NCBI GenBank assembly: GCA_964187785.1
Contig: OZ076409.1
Location: 47,742,001-47,806,000 of the forward strand
Length of the DNA: 64,000 nt
DNA from: Amphiscolops sp. MND2022
Taxonomy: Eukaryota
Direction of reading: 5' to 3'
A program made the position numbers and the translations under genes. Under the pieces are notes generated by a model, which worked only from the letters and a program-made list of their open reading frames with translations, did not search any database and was not told where the DNA came from. This document shows positions 52,810-64,000 of this stretch, piece by piece; within the stretch, counting starts at the first letter, position 1; every line of letters starts with the position of its first letter.

Positions 52810-53595
52810 ATGAGCAAATACAACTTAGCTAGAAGATTGTTCGAGCTGGAGGAATACGACTCAGATGATTCTGAAAGATCAGTAATATACATTTCCAGCA
52901 GTGAGGAAGAGTCATCAGACTGGGAAACCGACTGCTCCACAGACACGGAGCAGCTTATCGCAAGAATCGAAAGGGAGGTCACCTCCAGCCCCATGCTAAT
53001 TGGGGGCCGCATAATGACTATGGAGGAACCTTTAGGAGACGAATCAGAAGCTGGCCCCAGTTCTTCCCAGATGCGAACAGATGTGACTCCGAAATTTGAC
53101 CACAGGTACTTTGACCAGGAGATGTGTTATGCTCCCACAATGAAGTTGGGAAAGTCAAGGATAGAGGTTTGCAAGACTCTATTACCAGTGCCAGAGTCAC
53201 CCATGTCACCGCCTGACCATGAGAGAGGGCCAAGTTTGGACACCCCCCTGATGCAGCCTACAATAGGTGGTTTTCACGCGTCGTTCCACGTACAGAACAC
53301 AAGGCCGTACGAGGACGTGAGCAACAAACTGTATTCTGGTTGTATGGTGTGTGGCAGATCCTCAGAAGCAATAAAGAAAGAGAAAGTAGAATGGTATGTT
53401 GCAAGGTCCAAGCCACGAGGAGAGCCTGAGTACATCACGAAAATCAGAATAGAAGCATACGAGAACGGTCTCAACGCCGGGGCATTCCTCTTCATAACAC
53501 CCGCAGTGTCGCAGGCTGCCGCCTGTGATGGCACATTAAAAACGACGTCGGCAGAAAATCAAGAAATCATCCCGGGTACCCTACCCACGTTTTAA
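52810..53595 (+). CDS. Accessory ORF3, copy 4
   Basis: Same protein as copy 2. Confidence 0.72.
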   Translation: MSKYNLARRLFELEEYDSDDSERSVIYISSSEEESSDWETDCSTDTEQLIARIEREVTSSPMLIGGRIMTMEEPLGDESEAGPSSSQMRTDVTPKFDHRYFDQEMCYAPTMKLGKSRIEVCKTLLPVPESPMSPPDHERGPSLDTPLMQPTIGGFHASFHVQNTRPYEDVSNKLYSGCMVCGRSSEAIKKEKVEWYVARSKPRGEPEYITKIRIEAYENGLNAGAFLFITPAVSQAAACDGTLKTTSAENQEIIPGTLPTF

Positions 53596-54354
53596 ACTTT
53601 CCCTTGCTGAAACTTATATTTATTTGTTAATCACATCCATTTTTGTTTATTCAAGTGCATTTTATATAAGTGTTCGTGATATTAGTCTGTTAAAATTACG
53701 ATTTGGAACTATCCAAATCAGGTTGTGATTTGAGATGTGTAAAAGGACGTTTGTTGTATTACAAATAGAGTGTTGAAATTAATCAAAGCGGTAACGTACA
53801 ATAAGCAGGTTGATCGCGAGAAGGAAACGTGTTCCAGTAAGAAAACGTCCCTTCTCGGCGATGTAACTTTCAGTACAATTATTAGCCAATCAGAGCTCTC
53901 CTTTTGCTAATTATGAGTGCTTTATTTATGATGGCCGGATATGGCTAATTGACTAAGCGGTGCTAATTTATATCAGTCCCCCAGTCAAATGGACGGCTTC
54001 GGCCAATTCGAGCATAATGATACCTTTGTTGCCTAATTGGACCAATACTTACGCGGAGTTATTAGAATCATGTTTTTAGTTTAAATAAATACGTTTGTGA
54101 TGTTTTGATGTTTGTATACCTTTAACTTGGATAAAGGGACGGTTAAGGCCTTTTACCATGTCTTTCATATGCGCAGTACATGTTATGGATTTGGGCCTAT
54201 TCCGGCCCTGATATGCGAGTGTATTTTCATGAATATCGATGCAGTATTAGGATTCCACACATAGTAATACATTCCGTTTTCAGCTTTATTTGCAGTAACT
54301 CCTCTTCGATACAGTCACTACGAATAGCTTCAAAAATATAAAAAAAAGATAATC

Positions 54355-55140
54355 ATGAGCAAATACAACTTAGCTAGAAGATTGTTCGAGCTGGAGGAAT
54401 ACGACTCAGATGATTCTGAAAGATCAGTAATATACATTTCCAGCAGTGAGGAAGAGTCATCAGACTGGGAAACCGACTGCTCCACAGACACGGAGCAGCT
54501 TATCGCAAGAATCGAAAGGGAGGTCACCTCCAGCCCCATGCTAATTGGGGGCCGCATAATGACTATGGAGGAACCTTTAGGAGACGAATCAGAAGCTGGC
54601 CCCAGTTCTTCCCAGATGCGAACAGATGTGACTCCGAAATTTGACCACAGGTACTTTGACCAGGAGATGTGTTATGCTCCCACAATGAAGTTGGGAAAGT
54701 CAAGGATAGAGGTTTGCAAGACTCTATTACCAGTGTCAGAGTCACCCATGTCACCGCCTGACCATGAGAGAGGGCCAAGTTTGGACACCCCCCTGATGCA
54801 GCCTACAATAGGTGGTTTTCACGCGTCGTTCCACGTACAGAACACAAGGCCGTACGAGGACGTGAGCAACAAACTGTATTCTGGTTGTATGGTGTGTGGC
54901 AGATCCTCAGAAGCAATAAAGAAAGAGAAAGTAGAATGGTATGTTGCAAGGTCCAAGCCACGAGGAGAGCCTGAGTACATCACGAAAATCAGAATAGAAG
55001 CATACGAGAACGGTCTCAACGCCGGGGCATTCCTCTTCATAACACCCGCAGTGTCGCAGGCTGCCGCCTGTGATGGCACATTAAAAACGACGTCGGCAGA
55101 AAATCAAGAAATCATCCCGGGTACCCTACCCACGTTTTAA
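54355..55140 (+). CDS. Accessory ORF3, copy 5 (runs into the complete 3' LTR)
   Basis: Same protein as copy 3; last 89 nt lie within the 3' LTR. Confidence 0.72.
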   Translation: MSKYNLARRLFELEEYDSDDSERSVIYISSSEEESSDWETDCSTDTEQLIARIEREVTSSPMLIGGRIMTMEEPLGDESEAGPSSSQMRTDVTPKFDHRYFDQEMCYAPTMKLGKSRIEVCKTLLPVSESPMSPPDHERGPSLDTPLMQPTIGGFHASFHVQNTRPYEDVSNKLYSGCMVCGRSSEAIKKEKVEWYVARSKPRGEPEYITKIRIEAYENGLNAGAFLFITPAVSQAAACDGTLKTTSAENQEIIPGTLPTF

Positions 55141-56804
55141 ACTTTCCCTTGCTGAAACTTATATTTATTTGTTAATCACATCCATTTTTGTTTATTCAAG
55201 TGCATTTTATATAAGTGTTCGTGATATTAGTCTGTTAAAATTACGATTTGGAACTATCCAAATCAGGTTGTGATTTGAGATGTGTAAAAGGACGTTTGTT
55301 GTATTACAAATAGAGTGTTGAAATTAATCAAAGCGGTAACGTACAATAAGCAGGTTGATCGCGAGAAGGAAACGTGTTCCAGTAAGAAAACGTCCCTTCT
55401 CGGCGATGTAACTTTCAGTACAATTATTAGCCAATCAGAGCTCTCCTTTTGCTAATTATGAGTGCTTTATTTATGATGGCCGGATATGGCTAATTGACTA
55501 AGCGGTGCTAATTTATATCAGTCCCCCAGTCAAATGGACGGCTTCGGCCAATTCGAGCATAATGATACCTTTGTTGCCTAATTGGACCAATACTTACGCG
55601 GAGTTATTAGAATCATGTTTTTAGTTTAAATAAATACGTTTGTGATGTTTTGATGTTTGTATACCTTTAACTTGGATAAAGGGAGGGTTAAGGCCTTTTA
55701 CCATGTCTTTCATATGCGCAGTACATGTTATGGATTTGGGCCTATTCCGGCCCTGATATGCGAGTGTATTTTCATGAATATCGATGCAGTATTAGGATTC
55801 CACACATAGTAATACATTCCGTTTTCAGCTTTATTTGCAGTAAACTTGTGCCGGCACGTGCCTTCGTTTTACATCACAATAAAATATGTAAGTTGTGGTA
55901 TTTGTTTACATCACACTTGAAGTAGGTCTAACCGACAAATTGTTTGAAGTTGCTACTTAAAATGATGACTCCGAATACCATTCCTAAAATGTCCCCCGGA
56001 AATATGTAGTTGTCGGGGATTTTCCTATGATGATTGTAAAATCCTATGATTTGTCTTGATCAAAGTATGTAAAAATTGTGTGTGTCATCCTTTCAGGGGT
56101 ATAAATACCCATACCCCTGCAGGAAGACTCATACTGTGTACTTCTCCCCATTTGATAAAGACGTTCATAATGCAAACGGTTTCACTGTTAATTTTCCGGA
56201 ATTGATAATTCAAGTCTTCAACCCGGTTCAGTCTTAATGCCTACTACAAGAAAGCAAAAGAAAGCAAGGAAAACTAGACGATTAGAAATTCTCTCTGACA
56301 TTGAAAACCTTGACATAATGTTGGGTGAAAATCACTTCAATGACACGAGGAGAGACGAAAGTTTCGATGGAACTTCCATTAGAAGGCAAGAAAGTATTAT
56401 AAGTAATAACTTGGAAAATGAGGAAATGGATTTCCATTCTGACCATAAAAATCTTGGAGTTGGGACTAGTACCGGGTACGACCGAAATTCAGCAAGTATA
56501 GATTCTCAAGCTGAGATCAATAAGTTGTCGAGTGAATTGAACTCTAGAATATCTAGAGAAATGGATGTAATGAGGGACAGTGTTAGTTCTCAGATTCAGA
56601 GAGCCATGAGTGACGCCATAAATAATCAGGTTTTGCCCCAGATTCAAAACGTCATTATGGCCGGTTCAGGACAGGAGACTGGAAGGGGATGGGAGAGATC
56701 TGACGAGAGACCGGAAAGTTATTCCGAAGTTCAGTACAACGCGAAAACTAGAACTACCCTCAATAATGAACACGGTGATAAACCACACCGTAATGTTCAT
56801 GACA
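55052..56804 (+). repeat. 3' LTR (1753 bp)
   Basis: TGTCGCAGG...TTCATGACA followed by ATTAC. Confidence 0.95.
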
Positions 56805-56860
56805 ATTACCAATCAAGCCCATTATCTCGTACTACTTATTCTTTTACCAGATGTGATTAA
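56237..56860 (+). other. LTR-encoded copy of the Gag N-terminus reading into flanking DNA (207 aa)
   Basis: First ~189 aa nearly identical to the 35736 ORF; diverges exactly at the LTR end. Confidence 0.8.
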
Positions 56861-58465
56861 GACATGCTGGATGCACTTATAATTGAACAACCTTTTATGC
56901 ACAAGTGTTATAGCACTAGTGACCAAACATTTGAAGAATGGAATGCGTGGATTTCTGAAAAACTGAATTCTACCACTGCAAGGCGAACGCAACACTGAAC
57001 AATTTTCCTTCCATGGATTACACCTGATACCTCGAAGATACCTTGAATTTAATGAATAGACTCTCAACATTCAAAAAAGTGTATGAAAAACAATCACAGA
57101 GTTTTTCAAAGCAAAATCATTATGAGCTGAAGAAAAAGAGATTGATATTGAATTTTTGGGACCTTTCTACTTATCAAGAGAAAGTCTTTGCATCCGAAAA
57201 TGGATCATGAATGTTTAAATACTTCAGACAGCCAAAGCACACTGCCATCTCGTCGGATGTAGAATAGAAGCACGAGTCTGCAAGAAGTTCTGAAGCCCGA
57301 GCTAGTTCACTAATGAAGTACTTTGCAATCTTTTATGGAGCAACCAGCGCAACAACTATGCCAGAATACACTGAGTCGGGATCCTTTGACTTCAAAAATT
57401 GTAGAAATGAGATAAGTCAAATTGCAAACGTTTTCTTTCTGCCAAATTTCACAAACTCTTCGAATCATATTTATGTAATCGCTGTATGAGGTTCCAAATT
57501 GGTGATGCTTTATCTGTATCCAGTAGAGTAGAGAAAGGAGTTCCCCAGGGTTCTTTTCTTGGTTCTTCATTCTTTTTTGTGTTATTCATCGACGACTTGC
57601 CTGGTATTGTATTTCTGTTTTCAAACCTGTTTGCTGACGACCTTTTTTCACTGTACACAGGATCTAACAATGCAGCCTATCGTTTAAAGTCTAATTTATA
57701 CCAACTTCAGACTTGGAGTGAGTGCAATATGTTAATTTTCATTGCTGAAAAGTGCCAATATCTTATCGAAAACTATCTTTAGGTTTTGAACCAGAACTGT
57801 ACAAACGAAAAATTAAAAACATTAAATTGACGGACTTGGGGCTCGTTATAAAAAGCAACTTGAAATGGAACAACCACCTGGAGACACGACTATCTAAAAC
57901 CCAGCATATCTATCGAATGGTAAGGCGAATTTATGCATCGAATACATCAACTCAGCCAAAGCTGCTGGTATACAAATCCATTATCATTCCATCCCTACTG
58001 TACGGTTCAAAATGTTTGTTCCCGAATGAATCAGAACTGAAGAAATTGAAATCGTTTAATTCTAGAGTGACCAGATGGATCATATCAAGAGACGACTGCA
58101 AACAGAGATTATCAATCCTGAGAATTTACCCATATCTTATTTTATCGAGCTCAAAAAATTGATGATGTTCTCAAACATAATTGATGGTCGATTTGATGTA
58201 GATATTCAAAGATTTTACCACTTGAAGCAAAGCAAAAGAAGACGAATTCCTTCTGTACTTCCAAAAGTAACCTGCGATACATTGCGACTAAACTTTTAGC
58301 ATCGAGCAACCTTTAGGGCTAATTTTTTTAGCAAAGGGTATCAATATTACAGATCCAACATCAATCAAGAACAATTTACTTACCTTAAAGTGAAAAAAAT
58401 CAACTCTACTTTCAATGAAGATATTTTTTGCACTTACAGCTTCATGTTTATGCGACACCTACAGA
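56810..58465 (+). pseudogene. Old CR1/L2 LINE ORF2 remnant, 3' part of the interrupted element
   Basis: GVPQGSFLG..FIDDLP..LFADD, DLGLVIKSNLKWNNH, VYKSIIIPSLLYGS; many stops and frameshifts. Confidence 0.8.
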
Positions 58466-58499
58466 AAGGCTGTGGCTAATTTCAATTGAAGGGAGAAAT

Positions 58500-59400
58500 C
58501 CCACCGTCAAACAGATGGAAATCCATCCTGAGACGCGTGATAGAAATTTCACTGCTCTTCCCTAATGAACACTGTACATAAATGGCCATCGGTTGAAAAA
58601 TGTATCCATTGTCTATTAGTTTGCGATACTTTTCAATTTTACGCGCTTCCGCCTCGGTGGCGGTGGTTCCTGGGATGGATACGGAGCCTTGATTCAGGCG
58701 ACTGGGTGCAAGAGCATCCACAAACGTGACATCCCACACCATCTATTAACCCTTTTCCTGAGGAATCATAGCAACACCGTCTGGGCGTTTGCTATCAGTT
58801 CGGTACAGTCCACGCGCCTCGAGCATTGGAGGCAAGTCGAGAGATCCCAACTTCTGCTATATGAGAGAACTGAAAGTAGGATGACGTGAGAAGCAACCAG
58901 CACTATTGGTGCAAGAAAGACTGTGTAAACTGTCGCGTTCAACTCTTTCACCACAGTGGCTATGCGTAGCACAGATGGTGGCTCCGAGACATGAACCAGT
59001 TGAAATCCGAAGCTGCTGGTCATCAAGTTTCAGGCCTAGTTTCTTGCAAGCAATGACGTTTAGCCACTCAGACCCGTTTCGGCCTTGATGAAGGGTAAAA
59101 ATTTTTGAACGTTTGTCATCCATTCTAGAAATCAAATCTTGGGCGGCTTTGATGTAAACAGGTCTATATTTTCTGGGTCCTTCTAGAGGACATTCGTGTT
59201 CGTTGGTCAAAATTAACCATTTCGCCTATGTGAACGACACATCTTCGAAGTTTTCCGGGAAAATCATCGTGAGAAAGTCACTCAACAAAAGCTGCGGCCG
59301 AAAAAGCGGGAAGTGCTAATAATGATGCAGATGAAACCCCAAGACCACCCATTTCAACGGGCAGAGCCAGCTGAGAAACCTTTAAGGCTAAGATTGGAGA
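58500..59400 (-). mobile_element. 3' fragment of an RLE-type (CRE-like) non-LTR retrotransposon
   Basis: Across frames: LALPVEMGGLGV, GSEWLNVIACKKLGLKLDDQQLRIS, HCG..HSLSC knuckle, RTDSKRPDG, VWDVTFVDALAPS..AEARKIEKY. Confidence 0.75.
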
Positions 59401-59829
59401 AAAAACCAACGAGTCGCTCATTTAAGCACCGTAGAGTCCATTTTTAAGCAGCGAATTTTTTTTCGAAACATGCTTTTCAAAAGCAATTGTAACGAAAACA
59501 ACTACTACAGCTACGAAACTAAAACGCAATGATCATTCACAAGGCGAAAAACAATTTTTAACTGCCAATAACTGTGATTACCATTCTTTGGGAAAAAGAT
59601 ATTCAAAGCTCTCAGATGTAATTGCTTTTCGAGAATCGGTGAAAGCATAACTAAATCTAAAAAAGGCGAAATTGAAAATCCTACCTTGACAATTTTTGGC
59701 ATTTACAAAACAAACATCTAGAACATTTTGACATTTTGGTGTCCCTTGACAAAAAGAAGTCCCGTGGCCCGCACGGATTACCACCTGCCTTCTTCCATAG
59801 ACTTCCAGGAACATAAGCAAAATCATAGA

Positions 59830-60325
59830 CTTATTTATGAAAAAAATAAAAAAGATACCGACTCTTCTTGGAAACTTGCCGCAGTGTCATCGATTCACTA
59901 GAAAGGAGACAGACGAAACGTTGTGAGTTACAGATCAGTATCTCTCCTAAACTCTGAGCGCAAAGTACTTGAGAATTGTATATACAAAGCTCTGAATCCC
60001 CATTTTTGCAAAAATTTCTCCGAAACACAATATTTTTTGGAAGAAGTTTTGTTTCGTTAGAGGAAGATTAATCCTGACAAATATTCTAAGTTTCTTGAAG
60101 AAAATCGAAACAGTACTGGCTGAGAATCAGAGCAACGAAGTAACTTTTACAAAGATTTTTCAAAAGCATTTGGTAAAGTACCCCAGTAAGAATTGATCCA
60201 AAGACTTGCAAAATCGGAGTCGTGGGATGTCTACTCGAGGTTTTAGTCACTTGTCTGGAAAACAGAAAGCAATTGTCAGAGTCGACAACACAAGTTCGAA
60301 AACACTTGACATGACAAGTGGTGTG
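59830..60325 (+). pseudogene. Decayed LINE RT fragment
   Basis: KGDRRNVVSYRSVSLL, DFSKAFGKVP and VRVDNTSSKTLDMTSGV in broken frames. Confidence 0.65.
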
Positions 60326-60544
60326 TGGTTACATGTGGGTTACAAGTCACTTGTCCTAAAGTTATTTGACTTCAAATTTTCATCGAGTCATTTGCGATCA
60401 TGTTTTTTATTGCCAAAGGACCAGAAAAGTAAGCAGAGTCCATTCCAATTTAAGCAATTGCTAAAAACAAATTTTAAAAGACTCAATTTGAACTGAATTT
60501 TTAACGAAATGATTAGGATACGAAGAAAAACCAAATGTTCAGCA

Positions 60545-60670
60545 TATTTGTCGCCCGGCTTGGTCGCTTCGCTCCATTCGTTAAGTAGCAACATTGAGGC
60601 ATGGCCATATGGAACGTCGCTCCGCTTCACTTCGCTCTTGCATTTAGGGCACTAGGAGTATGTAAACATA
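60545..60670 (-). repeat. Inverted copy of the ~125-bp dispersed repeat
   Basis: Reverse complement of ATGTTCACATACCCCTAGTGCCC..GGCCATGCCTCAATGTTGCTACTT..GAGCGAAGCGACC seen at 30110, 32277 and 33186. Confidence 0.75.
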
Positions 60671-61814
60671 GCTCACTACAAAATGATAATGACAAAAGTT
60701 GCCGCCGTGGAAGGGCAGCCCCTTCTACTAAACTATCAGAGACCTGGTTGATGGTCAACCTAAACTTTTGGTTTCCCCAAAACACGCACTGAGAAAGCAA
60801 GAGGAGAATTCACGTTTCGTCCGTGCAAAAGTACAAAATTCTCAACAGATACACAAATCTCAGACATGTGATGGGACTGAAGAATAGAACTATCAGCTTG
60901 ATGTGGGAATTTGTCGACAAAAGATTCGCTGAAAAGGACGTCTGCACATGGCAAATCTTCTCTCATTGCATTTTGTGTAGAAACAAAAGGAAGCTTCTCT
61001 AGACGACCATGACCAGTGCTGTTAAGCTACTTGCTGCAAATCCGCCAAAACAAACAAACAATAAAGAAACAAGGCAAAGCAAGGTTTACTGAAGAGTCGT
61101 TCATTTTTTTGCTTGTAGAAAAAAAACATTTGATATACAATGAACAGCTTTTTCTTTCACATATGTTTCAGTTTCGAGCTTCGAGCGTTTCAATATGTTA
61201 TTTGAGGAGATTGTTTTTGTCAAATTTCCGCTGAAAGTGTTTCTTAAAACGTAAATGCAAAACAAGCCAAGCAAAACTTCTGCTGCTGTCGTTTTGGAAG
61301 AAAACGTGTTTCGTTAATCGCACCCTTGTACTTCAAATTTGTTAGACTTTTTTGGAGTCCAAACAAGCAGCAACAATGAAGTTATAAAGGGTTGCAAATG
61401 TTAGTCTCAATACACCCCACTTTTTTCCACTTCCTTTGCCTCGTCCAGTCATTGCTTCAACATGTTGTTCAAAAAACGACTTCTTGTCGACTCCTAGTAT
61501 TCCGGTGTGCTATTTTAGAATGCAAATTTCCTTGTCGAGGTAGAAAACTGGCTGCATGCCTCTTTGGTGTTAACCAGTACGATGTCTAATATCGAGCCCT
61601 TAATCCGGAGACGCCAATGGCAACACTGTTGTTTGAATGGCCAGGTTCATTTGAATGATTTGCTGAAGGCTTTGCTAGTCATTCCCAGTAACAGAAAAAA
61701 CACGAAGTTGCGAGTCATTCGCATATTTGAATCATTCGCCACAGAAAGCTTTTGTATTGGAAATAAATGAAAAGGGAAAAAGGACATTCCCCTGCACAAA
61801 GCCTTGTTTTGAAG

Positions 61815-62099
61815 CTAAGGCAGTGCCGTATGAACAAACACTAGATTTCTACGTACGCGACAATTTTTGAGGTACGTTGCGATGAATTTGAAAATTTCTT
61901 TTCTACACCAGCGCTCCAGAGCCCATGAGAAACCATGTTGCCAAACTCTGTCGAAACTTGTCTCTAAGTCCAAAATTATCAGTCCTGTTTTTTTCTTCTC
62001 GTGTTCAAGTTTAATCTGAAAATTTATCGGTTTCGATCTTGTCAGGAAGAACCTTCTTGTCCAGCGTGAATCATGATTACCTGTCAGATAGGTGGTCAT
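61815..62099 (-). pseudogene. Decayed non-LTR RT fragment
   Basis: TGLIILDLETSFDRVWQHG resembles LDxxKAFDxVWH. Confidence 0.5.
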
Positions 62100-62377
62100 G
62101 CGTCAGTTGAGAATCTGTTGAGACTTTGCCGGTGTATTCCGCTTATGAGGGCTTCTTGACAAAAGGGAGCATAAAAGACACCACACTGAGTCAAAGGTCA
62201 GTTTATGAAAAATGTTTAGTTCATAACAGCTGTCATTAATTTTGCTATAGAGAGATAATTTTCTGGGTCTGAAACAGAATAAAAAACGACCTAGAAACAG
62301 AAATACGATACAAACGAAAACAAGACGCCCGCTAAGCACTAAGATATTTTCCGCTATAAATGTAACGCATCAGCCCA

Positions 62378-62437
62378 ATTTCGAACCCGGAACCTTGTGT
62401 CTGTGAGGCAAACGCACTACCAACAGCGCCATGGAGG
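62378..62437 (-). other. tRNA-derived SINE-like head
   Basis: Minus strand TGGCGCTGTTGG (A box)...GGGTTCGAAA (B box); cloverleaf incomplete. Confidence 0.5.
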
Positions 62438-62737
62438 AGATTTGGCCAGTGGAGTTCAAGCAACTTACTTGAACTCCACTAGCCAAATCCACTCAACTAC
62501 TTGACTAATATATATAGTTACTTGACTATTTTAGTTGAACTGAAATAGTCAAGTAACTATATGAAATAGTCAAGTAGTGAAGTCTATTAAGGAACTGGGA
62601 GATTTGGCAGAATTTGGAAAAAAAACGCAAACACAGATTATGATTTTCTTCCCCCAGTAAATGTGGGCGGAAAATAAAAGGACGAAAAGACAGGCAGGCG
62701 GCCACAGACAGAGAGGAAGAGGGTGGGAGAGATAAAG

Positions 62738-62743
<6 letters not shown>

Positions 62744-62775
<32 letters not shown>
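62744..62775 (+). repeat. (GA)n microsatellite
   Basis: ~16 AG units within a purine-rich tract. Confidence 0.9.
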
Positions 62776-62778
<3 letters not shown>

Positions 62779-64000
62779 GGTGGAGAAACAAGGAGTTAGA
62801 GAACCAAACTAGATGCAGCAAGGACAGCGGAGATCTAAAACGATAAGGCACGCTTTTTAGAGAGACGCCTTTTAAAGACACGTTTTTAAGACGCAAGAAA
62901 GATGCGGACAAAAAGGTGCAACAAAGATAAAGGGCAAAAGATTACAATTTAAACCAGTAGACAAATCAGTAAACAGCATACAGTGACAAATGAAATCGAA
63001 TGAGGTAACGAGCAAAGGGCATGAAGATAGAATTTTGACATGTGGATGAAATCAACATTTGTGAATCTCGAAGGAGATTGCACAAGAAAACGTTTGGAAG
63101 AGGGAGAGGCGAAACGAAGAAAGTAGAGAGAAGGAGAAGGAGAAGGAAAAAGAGAGTGGAAGAGAAAGCGAGTTCATAGAGAGAAGAAGACAATTGAAAT
63201 CAAGAACAATCAGACAAAAAAGTTATATTGAGACATTTATGACGATGAAACTGGTTTCGAGACATTTATATAGTATGCGTATGCTACTATCTTCTTTGCA
63301 TCGGTTTTTGAGGGTCAGAATCTCCGGTTCCACATTCTGCTTTTGCAGCCGAAATCCTTTCTATTCGAGACGTTTTTCCGAAAACAAACCCTGCTCTTTT
63401 AAGTTGAGTTCGGTAATTTATTAGAGTCATAAATAAAGTCATAAAACCATACACAAAGCGTGAATATCATTCAACGAAAACCCTAGTCGAACGCCCCTAC
63501 ATTTCTTGCAAGAATCTTGCTGAAATGATATGTATCAGACACTAATCTGGAAGAATCTTGCAGGTATCTTACATTTCAGGCAAAGCTGTCAGATTCTGGC
63601 AGATTCGAAATTATTTGCAGATTCGGACGTTTCTCGCAAGATGTTTGCAGGTCAAGTTGATTCTTGCAAGCTACTTGGACGAATCTTGGACGACAATGTC
63701 TGGAAATTGAAAAAAACAATTCTGCAAGAAAATGCCTGGAAAGTTGTTTGTTGCCTCATCCAAATTGTTTTTTCAATTTTGCAATTTTAAACCCCAGAAT
63801 ATGTTCAAATTGAATGTAAACATGTAAATGTCTCGTTATGGAGTCGCGGACTTGAATGTGACCGAAGTTGTTGAAATATGATTTGTATATTTTAGAACTA
63901 CCGGTTTTGGGAGCTGCACGTTTGCGACGATGGTGACCTAGGACAACTGGTTCAGCCGCGTCCTAATTTAATGAAGGAACTACTCAAGTGTACATGTACG

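Larger units (their letters stand above)
48117..55841 (+). repeat. Five tandem 1545-bp units (755 bp internal plus the first 790 bp of the LTR)
   Basis: Units start at 48117, 49662, 51207, 52752, 54297; only a few SNPs seen between units. Confidence 0.96.
34552..56804 (+). mobile_element. 22.3-kb Gypsy/Ty3 LTR retrotransposon with accessory genes
   Basis: Direct LTRs 34552-36303 and 55052-56804 with TG..CA ends; ATTAC duplicated at 34547-34551 and 56805-56809; gag then PR-RT-RH-IN order. Confidence 0.96.

Noticed and set aside
48117..55841. CRISPR-like or host gene-family array
   Set aside because: Units are 1545 bp with no unique spacers and include LTR sequence; it is an internal tandem duplication of the retrotransposon
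62570..63193. Hydrophobic Leu/Ser/Phe-rich minus-strand ORFs
   Set aside because: Artefacts of the GA microsatellite and purine-rich low-complexity tract

Overview
Animal (invertebrate-type, AT-rich, repeat-dense) genomic window; the species cannot be established from the sequence. Left 25 kb: four co-oriented minus-strand host genes, METTL3 (3 exons), UFM1 (2 exons), a greatly enlarged hnRNP Q/R (SYNCRIP)-like RRM gene (5 exons) and an intronless DCXR-like short-chain reductase, mixed with a dead Tc1 element, MITEs and a non-autonomous repeat family. 25.4-34.5 kb: a 2.17-kb tandem duplication with a 5'-truncated CR1/L2-type LINE in one copy only, plus MITEs inside an older LINE. 34552-56804: a 22.3-kb Gypsy LTR retrotransposon (1.75-kb TG..CA LTRs, ATTAC target duplication) inserted into that older LINE. 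Besides gag and pol it carries two accessory genes. One is an antisense, five-intron, ~1270-aa gene with a BED zinc finger that appears to derive from a hAT-like transposase lacking catalytic residues. The other is a 261-aa non-envelope ORF in the env position, rich in short linear motifs and amplified to five near-identical tandem copies after insertion. gag starts inside the LTR and no polypurine tract is visible. The right end holds decayed non-LTR fragments, a tRNA-like head and hairpins. All calls were made by eye with no database search.
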